Positions 31,631-40,662 of a stretch of DNA of 64,000 nt are shown here, one piece after another. The notes below the pieces were generated by a model, which saw only the letters and a program-made list of their open reading frames with translations, was not told the DNA's origin and did no database searches. Each line of letters begins with the position of its first letter. Positions within the stretch are counted from its first letter, which is position 1. The DNA lies in IMG/VR virus record IMGVR_UViG_3300021197_001635, positions 1-64,000 of that record; one strand, written 5' to 3'. The stretch comes from a virus. A program made the translations under genes and the position numbers.

Positions 31631-33124
31631 TTGATTACAGTAGGGCATAAAAATGATGTGAATCTGAAGATAAAGTGTGAGGAAAGAGGCATACTGAAGG
31701 AACTGTCTCAATTTTTCACCTTTGTAATACCAGGCGCTCAATATATGCCCTCTTATAAAAGAAGAGGGTGGGACGGTTCAATCAGACTGTTTAACCTCAA
31801 CACGCAAGAACTGCCAGTCGGACTTTATGACTACCTAGTCAGATTCTGTTTGGATAGGGGTTATGAGATTGATGGATATGACCCCACCAATAAAAAACCA
31901 GACATAGATTTTGATCATATAAGATCGTTCATGGATACACATCTTAAACCAGCTGCTAGCGGATCAGATATCAAAGCACACGATCACCAGATAGAAGCAG
32001 TTAGACACATGATCAATAATGATAGAGGTCTCCTTTTATCACCCACTGGTTCTGGTAAAAGTCTAATAATATATGCTCTGATGAGATATTATTTGGATAT
32101 CATACCTGAAGACAAAAAAGTGCTTATCATAGTCCCTACTACCTCTCTGGTCACACAGATGTACTCTGATTTTGAGGAGTATTCTGGGAATAATGGGTGG
32201 TCGGTAACTAATAACTGCCACAAGGTCATGGCGGGTAAGGACAAAAGTCACATTGATAAGAGGGTCATTATCTCTACTTGGCAAAGCATCTATAAGATGG
32301 ATACTAAATATTTCTCCTCTTATGGAGCCGTCTTCGGAGACGAATGCCATCTATTTAAGTCCAAATCCTTGACCACTATTATGTCTAAGATGGTTGATTG
32401 TAAATATAGGATAGGGACTACTGGAACATTGGATGGTACTAAAGTACACAAGTTAGTGATAGAAGGTGCTTTCGGTCCAGTATATAAAGTCACTTCTACT
32501 GAAGATCTAATCAAAAAGAACATATTATCTGAATTCGAGATAGACTGCATTCTACTCAAATACCCTGACGAGATGAGGAAAAGGGTGAAAAGAGTGACCT
32601 ATCAGGAAGAGATAGATGAGATAGTATCATATGGCAAACGAAATGAGTTTATCTCAGATCTTGTAGAGAGTCTGAAAGGCAACACGCTGGTTCTATTCCA
32701 GTATGTAGAAAAGCATGGGAAGCCTCTCCATAAAATGATAGAAGAACGATGTAATGACAAGAAAGTATTTTTTGTCTATGGGGGGACTGATACCGATGTG
32801 AGAGAAGAGATAAGAAAGATTGTAGAGGGGGAAGATAATGCTGTCATTGTTGCCTCCTATGGGACCTTCTCCACTGGCATCTCTATTAGAAAACTGCACA
32901 ATATCGTGTTCGCCTCCCCTTCTAAGAGCAGAATCAGAGTGCTACAGAGTATAGGAAGACAGCTTAGGAAATCGGACCAAAAAGACAAGGCTAGACTGTA
33001 TGATATATCAGATGAGATATGTTGGAAAAAATATAAAAATCATACCTTTAGGCATTATGAAGAGAGAATTAAAATATACGACTCCGAGAGATTTTCTTAC
33101 AGAAAAGTGATTATAAATATTTAA
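31631..33124 (+). CDS. uvsW: DNA helicase UvsW
   Basis: SPTGSGKS, IVPTTSLV, DECH, GTTGT, ASYGTFSTGISI, LQSIGRQLR. Confidence 0.95.
   Translation: MITVGHKNDVNLKIKCEERGILKELSQFFTFVIPGAQYMPSYKRRGWDGSIRLFNLNTQELPVGLYDYLVRFCLDRGYEIDGYDPTNKKPDIDFDHIRSFMDTHLKPAASGSDIKAHDHQIEAVRHMINNDRGLLLSPTGSGKSLIIYALMRYYLDIIPEDKKVLIIVPTTSLVTQMYSDFEEYSGNNGWSVTNNCHKVMAGKDKSHIDKRVIISTWQSIYKMDTKYFSSYGAVFGDECHLFKSKSLTTIMSKMVDCKYRIGTTGTLDGTKVHKLVIEGAFGPVYKVTSTEDLIKKNILSEFEIDCILLKYPDEMRKRVKRVTYQEEIDEIVSYGKRNEFISDLVESLKGNTLVLFQYVEKHGKPLHKMIEERCNDKKVFFVYGGTDTDVREEIRKIVEGEDNAVIVASYGTFSTGISIRKLHNIVFASPSKSRIRVLQSIGRQLRKSDQKDKARLYDISDEICWKKYKNHTFRHYEERIKIYDSERFSYRKVIINI
33112..33119 (+). promoter_or_regulatory. T4-type late promoter
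   Basis: TATAAATA at end of uvsW, 20 nt before ATG 33139. Confidence 0.6.
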
Positions 33125-33138
33125 TGAAGGAGGTTTCT

Positions 33139-33720
33139 ATGAAAACGAACTCCAGAAAAGACAAGGGCTACAGAGTAATCAAGCTCACTACTGGTGACAA
33201 GATAATTGCCAAAATCATAGGATCCAATGAAAACAAATTGATGATAGATAGGCCCATGGTGATCAAAGGCATGGTCATGGGCGATATGCTAGGTGGGGTC
33301 CAAAAAGAATTTGTTATGCTCAATAAGTGGGCAGAATATTCTTCTGATGAGAGGATCAGCCTGTATAAGAAATTCGTTATGATAATCTACAAGCCTGACG
33401 ATGCACTATTTGATATGTATGATAAGGCTAAGAAGCTCGAAGATTCTTATGACGAGTACACCGACAATCAAGATGCTGCTTTTTCTTCTGATGATTTGGA
33501 TGCCGACATCGATGCCATGATTGAAGAACATGGTTTGGAAGGTGTGGATGAAGAACACATACGCACCATCATGGACGGCGTTCTAGAGAATATCATTAAT
33601 AAACTCAACGATCCCGCCGAAGAATGGTCTGAGGAAGACATCGACAAGAGTAGGGAAGATTATGGTAATGATTTGGATGATTGGTCGCCTTACACGTCAG
33701 ACTACTTCGATGAGTTGTGA
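33139..33720 (+). CDS. Conserved hypothetical protein between uvsW and gp55 (acidic C-terminus)
   Basis: AGGAGG RBS before ATG 33139; N-terminal YRVIKLTTGDKIIAKI as in ORFs at this position in marine T4-like phages. Confidence 0.6.
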   Translation: MKTNSRKDKGYRVIKLTTGDKIIAKIIGSNENKLMIDRPMVIKGMVMGDMLGGVQKEFVMLNKWAEYSSDERISLYKKFVMIIYKPDDALFDMYDKAKKLEDSYDEYTDNQDAAFSSDDLDADIDAMIEEHGLEGVDEEHIRTIMDGVLENIINKLNDPAEEWSEEDIDKSREDYGNDLDDWSPYTSDYFDEL

Positions 33721-33789
33721 CGTTTCTTTTCTTTTGGCAACCAAGACACTGTATTTATCGAAGCCTGCAAGAATTTGTCAAGATATATA

Positions 33790-33818
33790 TTGACAAGGCA
33801 GTCTAAGTATGGTACAAT
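33790..33818 (+). promoter_or_regulatory. Sigma70-type promoter (gp55)
   Basis: TTGACA-17 nt-TACAAT with extended TG. Confidence 0.8.
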
Positions 33819-33842
33819 GTATTAAACGATGGAGATTTCAGC

Positions 33843-34442
33843 ATGAGCAAAAAGAAAAAGTACAAGAAGAATCCAGCACACTACGTGGACAACAAGGAGT
33901 TCTACGATGCCTTGTGTGTATGGAAGGATGGAGTGGTAGAGGCTGATGATTGTGGAGAGCCTAGACCACCGATTCCAGACTATATTGGGGAATGCTTCCT
34001 CAAGATGGCAGAAGGTTTGTCCAGAAGGGCCTGCTTCATCAATTATGACTTCAGAGAAGAGATGGTAGGTGATGCAATCGAGAATTGCATACTTTATGCA
34101 CATAACTTCAAGAAGGAAGGCAAAAATCCCTTTGCCTACTTCACGCAGATGATGTATTATGCTTTTTTGAGAAGGATTCAAAAAGAAAAGAAGCAGATGT
34201 ATATAAAGTACAAACTAGTGGAACAAGACCCAGATCTTAGAAATTATATGAAGTGGGATGATAGGGATCCACATGAGAAGCTGAGTGTCCAGAAGCAGTT
34301 CAGACTGTCAGATAACGATGTTAGTAAGTTTGAACCAGCTGGAAAATCCAAGAAGAAGACTAAGAAGAAGGCTTCCAAGAAAAAGACCAAGAAGTCTAAC
34401 GGCAGTGGTGGTACTTTAGATTTTATCATGGAAGATAGTTGA
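33843..34442 (+). CDS. gp55: Late transcription sigma factor gp55
   Basis: HYVDNKEF, YIGECFLKMAEGLS, NPFAYFTQ..YYAFLRRIQKEKKQ; C-terminal TLDFIM clamp-binding-like motif. Confidence 0.95.
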   Translation: MSKKKKYKKNPAHYVDNKEFYDALCVWKDGVVEADDCGEPRPPIPDYIGECFLKMAEGLSRRACFINYDFREEMVGDAIENCILYAHNFKKEGKNPFAYFTQMMYYAFLRRIQKEKKQMYIKYKLVEQDPDLRNYMKWDDRDPHEKLSVQKQFRLSDNDVSKFEPAGKSKKKTKKKASKKKTKKSNGSGGTLDFIMEDS

Positions 34443-35500
34443 TGAAGGTAGCAATCGTAACGGATACACACTTCGGCATCAGAAATGATTCCCAACTGTT
34501 CTTAGATCACTTCGTGGAGTTTTTCAAAGAGGATTTCTTTCCTGCTTTGCGAAGATATGATATCGATACAGTTATCCATGCTGGTGATCTGTTGGACAGA
34601 AGGAAGTTCGTGAACTTCAATACACTTTCATGTGTCAGAGAGAACTTCATGGAGCCTCTAAAAGAGATGGGTGTCACAGTGCATTGCATCTTGGGTAATC
34701 ACGACACCTATTACAAGAATACTAATGATCTCAACTCTATTAAAGAGTTGTTCGGTGATAGGTATGACAATTTTCATCTCTATGAGAAGCCCACAGTGAT
34801 CGATCTAGAGGGGTTTGAGGTAGCGATGCTTCCTTGGATTAACAAAGAGAACCACGACGATAGCATGAAATTCATAGATAGCACTAAGGCTGAGTGGTTG
34901 ATAGGTCATCTGGAATTAGACGGGTATGAGGTCCTAAGAGGCATTAAATATGATGGTGGTACAGACCCCAGAATTTTCGAGAGATTTGAACAAGTTCTCA
35001 CTGGGCATTTCCATTGCAAGCAAGAAGACAAGAATATTATCTATCTGGGAGCACCATACCAGATGACCTTCGCAAGTGTCAACGAGGTTAAAGGATTCTG
35101 GATTTTAGATACTGAAACCAGAGAGCTTGAATTCATTGAAAATGACAGAAAGATGTTCCACAACATCATGTATGATGACTCTAAGAGGGATTATACCAAG
35201 TTCATTTCTAAGAAGCATCCTCAATACAAAGACACCTACGTTAAGATATATGTGAACAACAAGACTCAGCCCTATATACTTGACAGGGTGATCGATTGCT
35301 TGTATAATAGTGGTGTATACGATCTAACCGTGATAGAAGACAGTATAGAGATAGGTGAGGATAATTCCAGTAAGGCAGATGTTACCAAGACCACCTTGGA
35401 ACTGATTTATGAAGAAGTAGATGGGATCAAGGATCTAGAAGATTCCACCAAGATTAAGGATCTGATCCATGAATTATACATGGAATCTATGAAGGTTTAA
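34439..35500 (+). CDS. gp47: Recombination endonuclease subunit gp47 (Mre11-like)
   Basis: TDTHFG, GDLLDRRK, GNHD, GHLE, GHFH metallophosphoesterase motifs. Confidence 0.95.
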   Translation: MMKVAIVTDTHFGIRNDSQLFLDHFVEFFKEDFFPALRRYDIDTVIHAGDLLDRRKFVNFNTLSCVRENFMEPLKEMGVTVHCILGNHDTYYKNTNDLNSIKELFGDRYDNFHLYEKPTVIDLEGFEVAMLPWINKENHDDSMKFIDSTKAEWLIGHLELDGYEVLRGIKYDGGTDPRIFERFEQVLTGHFHCKQEDKNIIYLGAPYQMTFASVNEVKGFWILDTETRELEFIENDRKMFHNIMYDDSKRDYTKFISKKHPQYKDTYVKIYVNNKTQPYILDRVIDCLYNSGVYDLTVIEDSIEIGEDNSSKADVTKTTLELIYEEVDGIKDLEDSTKIKDLIHELYMESMKV

Positions 35501-35501
35501 T

Positions 35502-35741
35502 ATGAGCAAATATAGAATACATATAGATATGCCATTGGGTACAGACCAAGAAGAGGCACTGTCTAAGATAAAGAGTGTGATGGGTCATTGTATATCAGAA
35601 GAGGTTGATTTTTTTAGAAGCATAGGCATCGATAAAATCGGCATTAGGCTTGGTCATGATGATGACAGACAAAAATCCAACTACCTGAATATAAACGATA
35701 ACGGTCATGTGTCTAATAAAAAGACCATGATAGATATATGA
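35502..35741 (+). CDS. Hypothetical protein
   Basis: 79-aa ORF tightly packed after gp47. Confidence 0.55.
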   Translation: MSKYRIHIDMPLGTDQEEALSKIKSVMGHCISEEVDFFRSIGIDKIGIRLGHDDDRQKSNYLNINDNGHVSNKKTMIDI

Positions 35742-35746
35742 TTTAT

Positions 35747-35819
35747 GGGACGGAAGCGGATGGCATCAGCAGCATCGCTTATAACGATGTTTTCGTGAGT
35801 TCGAGTCTCACTCGTCCTA
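35747..35819 (+). tRNA. tRNA-Ile, anticodon UAU
   Basis: Acceptor GGGACGG/TCGTCCT plus discriminator A; anticodon arm CATCG-CTTATAA-CGATG; T arm GTGAG-TTCGAGT-CTCAC; D arm imperfect; no encoded CCA. Confidence 0.8.
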
Positions 35820-35845
35820 TTGAGTGAAAGTCTAGGAGATTTATT

Positions 35846-37306
35846 ATGAGCAACAGTGTGACACCTTTTTATACCTCACCATTCATGACTAGGTATGCCT
35901 CTAAAGAAATGTCTTATATATGGTCTGACCATTATAAGATTTCGACTTGGAGAAAGTTATGGTGTTGTCTTGCACAAAGTCAGAGGGATGTGGGAATTGA
36001 TATTCCCCAGAAGATCATAGACAAGTTAGTAGACAATATCGACAATATTGACCACGACTCTATATCTAATCACGAAAAAACAACCAAACATGATGTGGTT
36101 GCCAACTTGTTCGCTTTCAGCGACTTGGTGGAAGGGTCTAAGCCTTATATCCATATGGGTGCTACAAGTCAATTCGTGGTAGATAACCAAGAATATTGTG
36201 CTTTAAGAGATTCTATGATAAGGATACTGGGCAAAACCGCCAAGGTGATATCGTCTATAGGCAGTTTTGCTTCTTCTTGGAAGGGAGTGCCAGTAGTCGG
36301 TATGACTCATCTGCAGACTGCCCAACCCACCACGGTTGGTAAAAGAGCATGTATGTGGGCGCAGGATTTTGTAATCGCCATTGAGGATATGGGCATTAAG
36401 ACTGATAACCTCAAGATGAGGGGAATCAAAGGAACGACTGGCACACTGTACTCCTTCTTGGAGATGTTTGAAGGTGATGAGTCTAGATTGTCTGATCTTG
36501 AATATGCTATATGTGATAGGATGGAATGTAAAAGGGAGAATTTGATAAAGATATGTGGTCAAACCCTACCTAGAATTCTAGATGCATCCCTTGTATCCTC
36601 TTTAGGACTAGCCGCCTCTGCGGCATATAAAATGTGTGGTGATATTAGGTTGCTTTGCTCTAGGGGTGAGATGATTATCACCAAGGACACCAACCAGATA
36701 GGATCGTCTGCCATGCCTTATAAAAACAACCCAATAGCGGCAGAGAAGGTTTGTTCTCTTTCTAGACACATTATATCTATGATTCAAGAGCCTTATTATA
36801 CTGCTGCCAACCAATGGTTGGAGAGGAGTCTAGATGATTCTGCTGGAAAAAGAATTTATATCCCAGAGATGTTCTTGTGTTTGGACGAGGTATTGGATAC
36901 ATGTATAAACCTATTTGAGGGTATGATACCCAATCTAGATGTATGTAATAATAACTACAATGATAGCAAGCCATTATTCATATCTGAAGATTTAATACTA
37001 GAGGCTATCAAGAAGAATGATTCAGACAGAGATAGCATGTATACTTACATTAGCGAGTGTTATGTTAATTCCAATACTAATGGGAATATTGACGTTGATA
37101 GACTTGTCAACTTGATCTCTGGTGAGATCTCTTCTAAATCAACGGTTAACAGAGAAGCATCAATGTTTGATGGTATTGATGTGAGAGAATTCTACGAGAG
37201 CAGGATGGATAAAGACTACACTGGTATGTCGGAGTCCCAGACTGAAGACTATACTGATAATGTGATATCCCAAATAAGAGACCATTACTTGGTCGAAGGG
37301 GCATAA
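35846..37306 (+). CDS. purB: Adenylosuccinate lyase (ADSL-like subtype)
   Basis: TRYASKEM, HDVVA, HMGATS, GMTHLQTAQPTTVGKR, GSSAMPYKNNP signature, ERSLDDSA. Confidence 0.92.
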   Translation: MSNSVTPFYTSPFMTRYASKEMSYIWSDHYKISTWRKLWCCLAQSQRDVGIDIPQKIIDKLVDNIDNIDHDSISNHEKTTKHDVVANLFAFSDLVEGSKPYIHMGATSQFVVDNQEYCALRDSMIRILGKTAKVISSIGSFASSWKGVPVVGMTHLQTAQPTTVGKRACMWAQDFVIAIEDMGIKTDNLKMRGIKGTTGTLYSFLEMFEGDESRLSDLEYAICDRMECKRENLIKICGQTLPRILDASLVSSLGLAASAAYKMCGDIRLLCSRGEMIITKDTNQIGSSAMPYKNNPIAAEKVCSLSRHIISMIQEPYYTAANQWLERSLDDSAGKRIYIPEMFLCLDEVLDTCINLFEGMIPNLDVCNNNYNDSKPLFISEDLILEAIKKNDSDRDSMYTYISECYVNSNTNGNIDVDRLVNLISGEISSKSTVNREASMFDGIDVREFYESRMDKDYTGMSESQTEDYTDNVISQIRDHYLVEGA

Positions 37307-39040
37307 ATGTTGATTTTTAGAGAGATACGGTGGAAGAATTTTTTATCCACTGGTAATAACTTCAATGAGGTGTATCTAGACAGATACGACACCACCTTGA
37401 TATCTGGTGACAATGGCTCTGGTAAGTCTACGATGTTAGATGCTATTACCTTTGCCTTGTATGGTAAATCCTTCAGGGGTATTAATATTAAAAATCTGGT
37501 TAACAGTGTCAACGATAACGAATGTTTGGTAGAGATAGAGTTCACCATCAATAGACACGACTATAAGGTAAGAAGGGGCATTAAACCCAAGGTCTTTGAG
37601 ATCTTCAAAGATGGATCAATGATGCCCCAAAATGCTACTGTCAAAGATTATCAAAATGTACTGGAAGAACAGATACTCAAGATGTCTTATAAGGCCTTTT
37701 GTCAGGTGGTATTATTAGGATCTTCCAGTTATATACCATTCATGAAGTTGCCTAATAAGGACAGGAAGATAATTGTAGAAGATCTCTTGGATATTAATAT
37801 ATTTTCGATTATGAACAATCTAATAAAGGCTAGATGCTCTGTCAACAAAGATCAGATAGCGATCCTATCCAATAAGACTGGTATCCTTAAAAACAAGATA
37901 GAGAATCACGAGAGGCTGATAGAGAGAATCAAAAGGAAATCTAAGGAATCGTCTGAAGGTTATCAAGAAGAGATAGACAACACCAAATCCCAGATAGAGT
38001 CTATAGAAGGAGAGATCAATAAAATCAGATCTGAGATTTCTGATCATCTGTCCTCTATTCAGGATTCCGATAAGTCTTTCAACCGACTAAACAAAATGGA
38101 GTCAGTTGATAACCAGTTGAAGAAAAATATAAAGAAGATCAAGAAAGAGATAGACTTTTACAAAGAGAACGACAGTTGTCCCTCTTGTCATCAGGATATT
38201 ACTAGCGACCATAAAAGCAAGCAGGTATCCCTCAAGGGGGAGAAACTAGACGAGATAGAAAAGGCTATAGATTCCATATCAGATAATATATCATCTATAG
38301 AAGAGGAAGTCAGCAGAATCAATAGAGTTAACAATTTGGTCTCTGACCTAGAGTCTGAGATATCAGACAAAAAGAGCACACTTAAGGCATGTGACATTTA
38401 TGTTGATAAGATGCAGAACAGCATAGAGGCATTGGAGTCTGATGTGGGAGAGTTGGAAAAAGAAGAGGAAATGCTAACGTCTACTAGTAAAGAATATAAA
38501 AAGTTCGATGACAAAATGCGGGGATTAGTAGAGGACAGGACTGATTTAGAAATAGTGGGTGGTCTGATGAGAGATACTGGTATCAAATCAAAGATAATAG
38601 GGTATTATCTACCAGTGATGAATAGACTAATCAACCAATACCTTTCCTCTATGGACTTTTTTTGTCAATTCACCCTCGATGAGAATTTCGATGAAACTAT
38701 CAAGAGTAGGTTCAGAGATGACTTCAGTTATCATAACTTCAGCGAGGGGGAAAGACTTAGGATAGACCTTTCTCTGCTATTGGCATGGAGAGAAATCGCT
38801 AGATTGAAAAACAGTGTGAACTGCAATCTATTGCTACTGGACGAGGTTTTTGATTCTAGCCTAGATGCAGTCGGAACTGAAGAATTCCTTAAGATTTTAG
38901 GTAGTCTAGGGAAGAAGGCTAATGTGTTCGTAATTACCCATAAAACTGATCAACTAATCGATAAATTCGACAATAACCTTCATTTCACCAAGAAGGGCAA
39001 TTTCAGCAGCATGACCTTTAGGATGCATAAAGATGCCTAA
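37307..39040 (+). CDS. gp46: Recombination ATPase subunit gp46 (Rad50-like)
   Basis: WKNFLSTGN, GDNGSGKST, zinc hook CPSC, FSEGERLRIDL, LLDEVFDSSLD, VITH. Confidence 0.96.
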   Translation: MLIFREIRWKNFLSTGNNFNEVYLDRYDTTLISGDNGSGKSTMLDAITFALYGKSFRGINIKNLVNSVNDNECLVEIEFTINRHDYKVRRGIKPKVFEIFKDGSMMPQNATVKDYQNVLEEQILKMSYKAFCQVVLLGSSSYIPFMKLPNKDRKIIVEDLLDINIFSIMNNLIKARCSVNKDQIAILSNKTGILKNKIENHERLIERIKRKSKESSEGYQEEIDNTKSQIESIEGEINKIRSEISDHLSSIQDSDKSFNRLNKMESVDNQLKKNIKKIKKEIDFYKENDSCPSCHQDITSDHKSKQVSLKGEKLDEIEKAIDSISDNISSIEEEVSRINRVNNLVSDLESEISDKKSTLKACDIYVDKMQNSIEALESDVGELEKEEEMLTSTSKEYKKFDDKMRGLVEDRTDLEIVGGLMRDTGIKSKIIGYYLPVMNRLINQYLSSMDFFCQFTLDENFDETIKSRFRDDFSYHNFSEGERLRIDLSLLLAWREIARLKNSVNCNLLLLDEVFDSSLDAVGTEEFLKILGSLGKKANVFVITHKTDQLIDKFDNNLHFTKKGNFSSMTFRMHKDA

Positions 39041-40631
39041 TAAATTTTACGAGAAGAATACCCATATCTTAAAATCGCATGTCAATATCACCTATGAGGA
39101 ATTGGTTAGCCTTAGTGATGAAGAATTCGTAGAATGGGTGAAAGAGATGAGGAAGGAAATCCTCAGGATATGGGACGATTATAACATACCCCCTAGATCT
39201 GGTGGTAAATCGGAGCAGGAGATCACATCACAATTCAACAAAATGAGCGAATACTCCATCAATAAGTTTATCTACACTGATGCCTTGGAGGACCAAGAGG
39301 ATGACACGATATTGAACACTTCGGGTCTGGGTGTAGAAGCAGACCAGTGGTTTGACAACATGTATAAGACCAGAATCAATAGGTCTGATAAGGATGATGG
39401 TCATTCTGTTTATGACTTGTTTAATGACGATCAATACCTAGACAGTGTTGTCAAAAGATCACATAGGCACTTCAGGAGGGACGGCTTCTACCTTCACGCA
39501 CAGTCGATCAAGAAGAATGACAAGAAGTCTGGTTTAGTATCTGTATCCAATGCTAAAGAATGGATGGAAGCCTTTATAAATAATGAAAAGATATTTAAGA
39601 ACCACGATTTCATCCTAGAAGAGGTAAAACCCCCCACTGGAATGAATGCTGGTTATTTTCAGTTGGATGAGACTGATTTGTTGCACTTGACGAAAGAAGA
39701 GGTAGAATATTACAATGATCGAGGAATTTTACAACATCGCCATACTTCTAATATTGATCTGTCTAGCCTTGATGCCAGACGACTCTATAGAATAAGACTA
39801 TATGAAAAAGGGAGGAGTATCTTCCCCAAAGGATTTATTCCCTTCAGGATTGGTTATATCCAACCTGCTGTCAACTTCCCTCCCATGACTGCTAAATATC
39901 TATATGAGAGATTCACAAATCATATCAAAAATCAAGACGTTATTAATATATACGACCCTTCTTCTGGTTGGGGTGGTAGGATACTCGGTGCTATGTCTGT
40001 CAGGGATGATCGCAGGGTTCATTATGTTGGTACTGACCCTAATCCTGATAACTTCTACAATGATTTTAATAACAGCAAGTATGCTGATCTCGCTGATTTT
40101 TACAATACCAAGACTTATAGGGGAAATCCTTTCTTTTCCCATACCAATTCTTATGAGATTTTTAATGAATGCTCAGAAGAGATTGGGGATAACCCCGATT
40201 TCAGAAAATATAGAGGAAGAATCGACCTCATATTCACTTCGCCGCCTTATTTCAACAGAGAGGCATATAGCGAAGATCCTAAGCAATCGTACAAAAAGTA
40301 CGGGTCGTCTTATGAATCATGGAAAGAAGGATTTTTGAGACCCACACTTGAGACGTGCTATGAGTTCCTGAAGGAGGATAGATATCTTTTGTGGAACATA
40401 GCCGACCTCAGGATGGCTAACAAAGAATATTTGCCCCTAGAGCAAGACTCGGTTGATATACTGGAGTCTTTGGGCATGGAATATGTTATGACTTTTAAAA
40501 TGGCTCAGGTTGGTATGCCTGGCTCTAATAGGTTGACTGAAGATGGGAAGCCACATGTAAAGAATTTTTGCCTGATAGGGGAAAAATACTACAAGTACGA
40601 GCCAGTGTTCGTATTCAGGAAGGGGGGTTGA
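39033..40631 (+). CDS. DNA amino-methyltransferase (N4-C or N6-A)
   Basis: SAM-binding YDPSSGWGGR, GTDPN, catalytic FTSPPYFNRE. Confidence 0.82.
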   Translation: MPNKFYEKNTHILKSHVNITYEELVSLSDEEFVEWVKEMRKEILRIWDDYNIPPRSGGKSEQEITSQFNKMSEYSINKFIYTDALEDQEDDTILNTSGLGVEADQWFDNMYKTRINRSDKDDGHSVYDLFNDDQYLDSVVKRSHRHFRRDGFYLHAQSIKKNDKKSGLVSVSNAKEWMEAFINNEKIFKNHDFILEEVKPPTGMNAGYFQLDETDLLHLTKEEVEYYNDRGILQHRHTSNIDLSSLDARRLYRIRLYEKGRSIFPKGFIPFRIGYIQPAVNFPPMTAKYLYERFTNHIKNQDVINIYDPSSGWGGRILGAMSVRDDRRVHYVGTDPNPDNFYNDFNNSKYADLADFYNTKTYRGNPFFSHTNSYEIFNECSEEIGDNPDFRKYRGRIDLIFTSPPYFNREAYSEDPKQSYKKYGSSYESWKEGFLRPTLETCYEFLKEDRYLLWNIADLRMANKEYLPLEQDSVDILESLGMEYVMTFKMAQVGMPGSNRLTEDGKPHVKNFCLIGEKYYKYEPVFVFRKGG

Positions 40632-40656
40632 CGCATTTCAGCCTCTATGGTATAAT
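40628..40656 (+). promoter_or_regulatory. Sigma70-type promoter
   Basis: TTGACG-17 nt-TATAAT with extended TG; -10 box ends 6 nt before ATG 40663 (possibly leaderless mRNA). Confidence 0.75.
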
Positions 40657-40662
40657 GGTATT

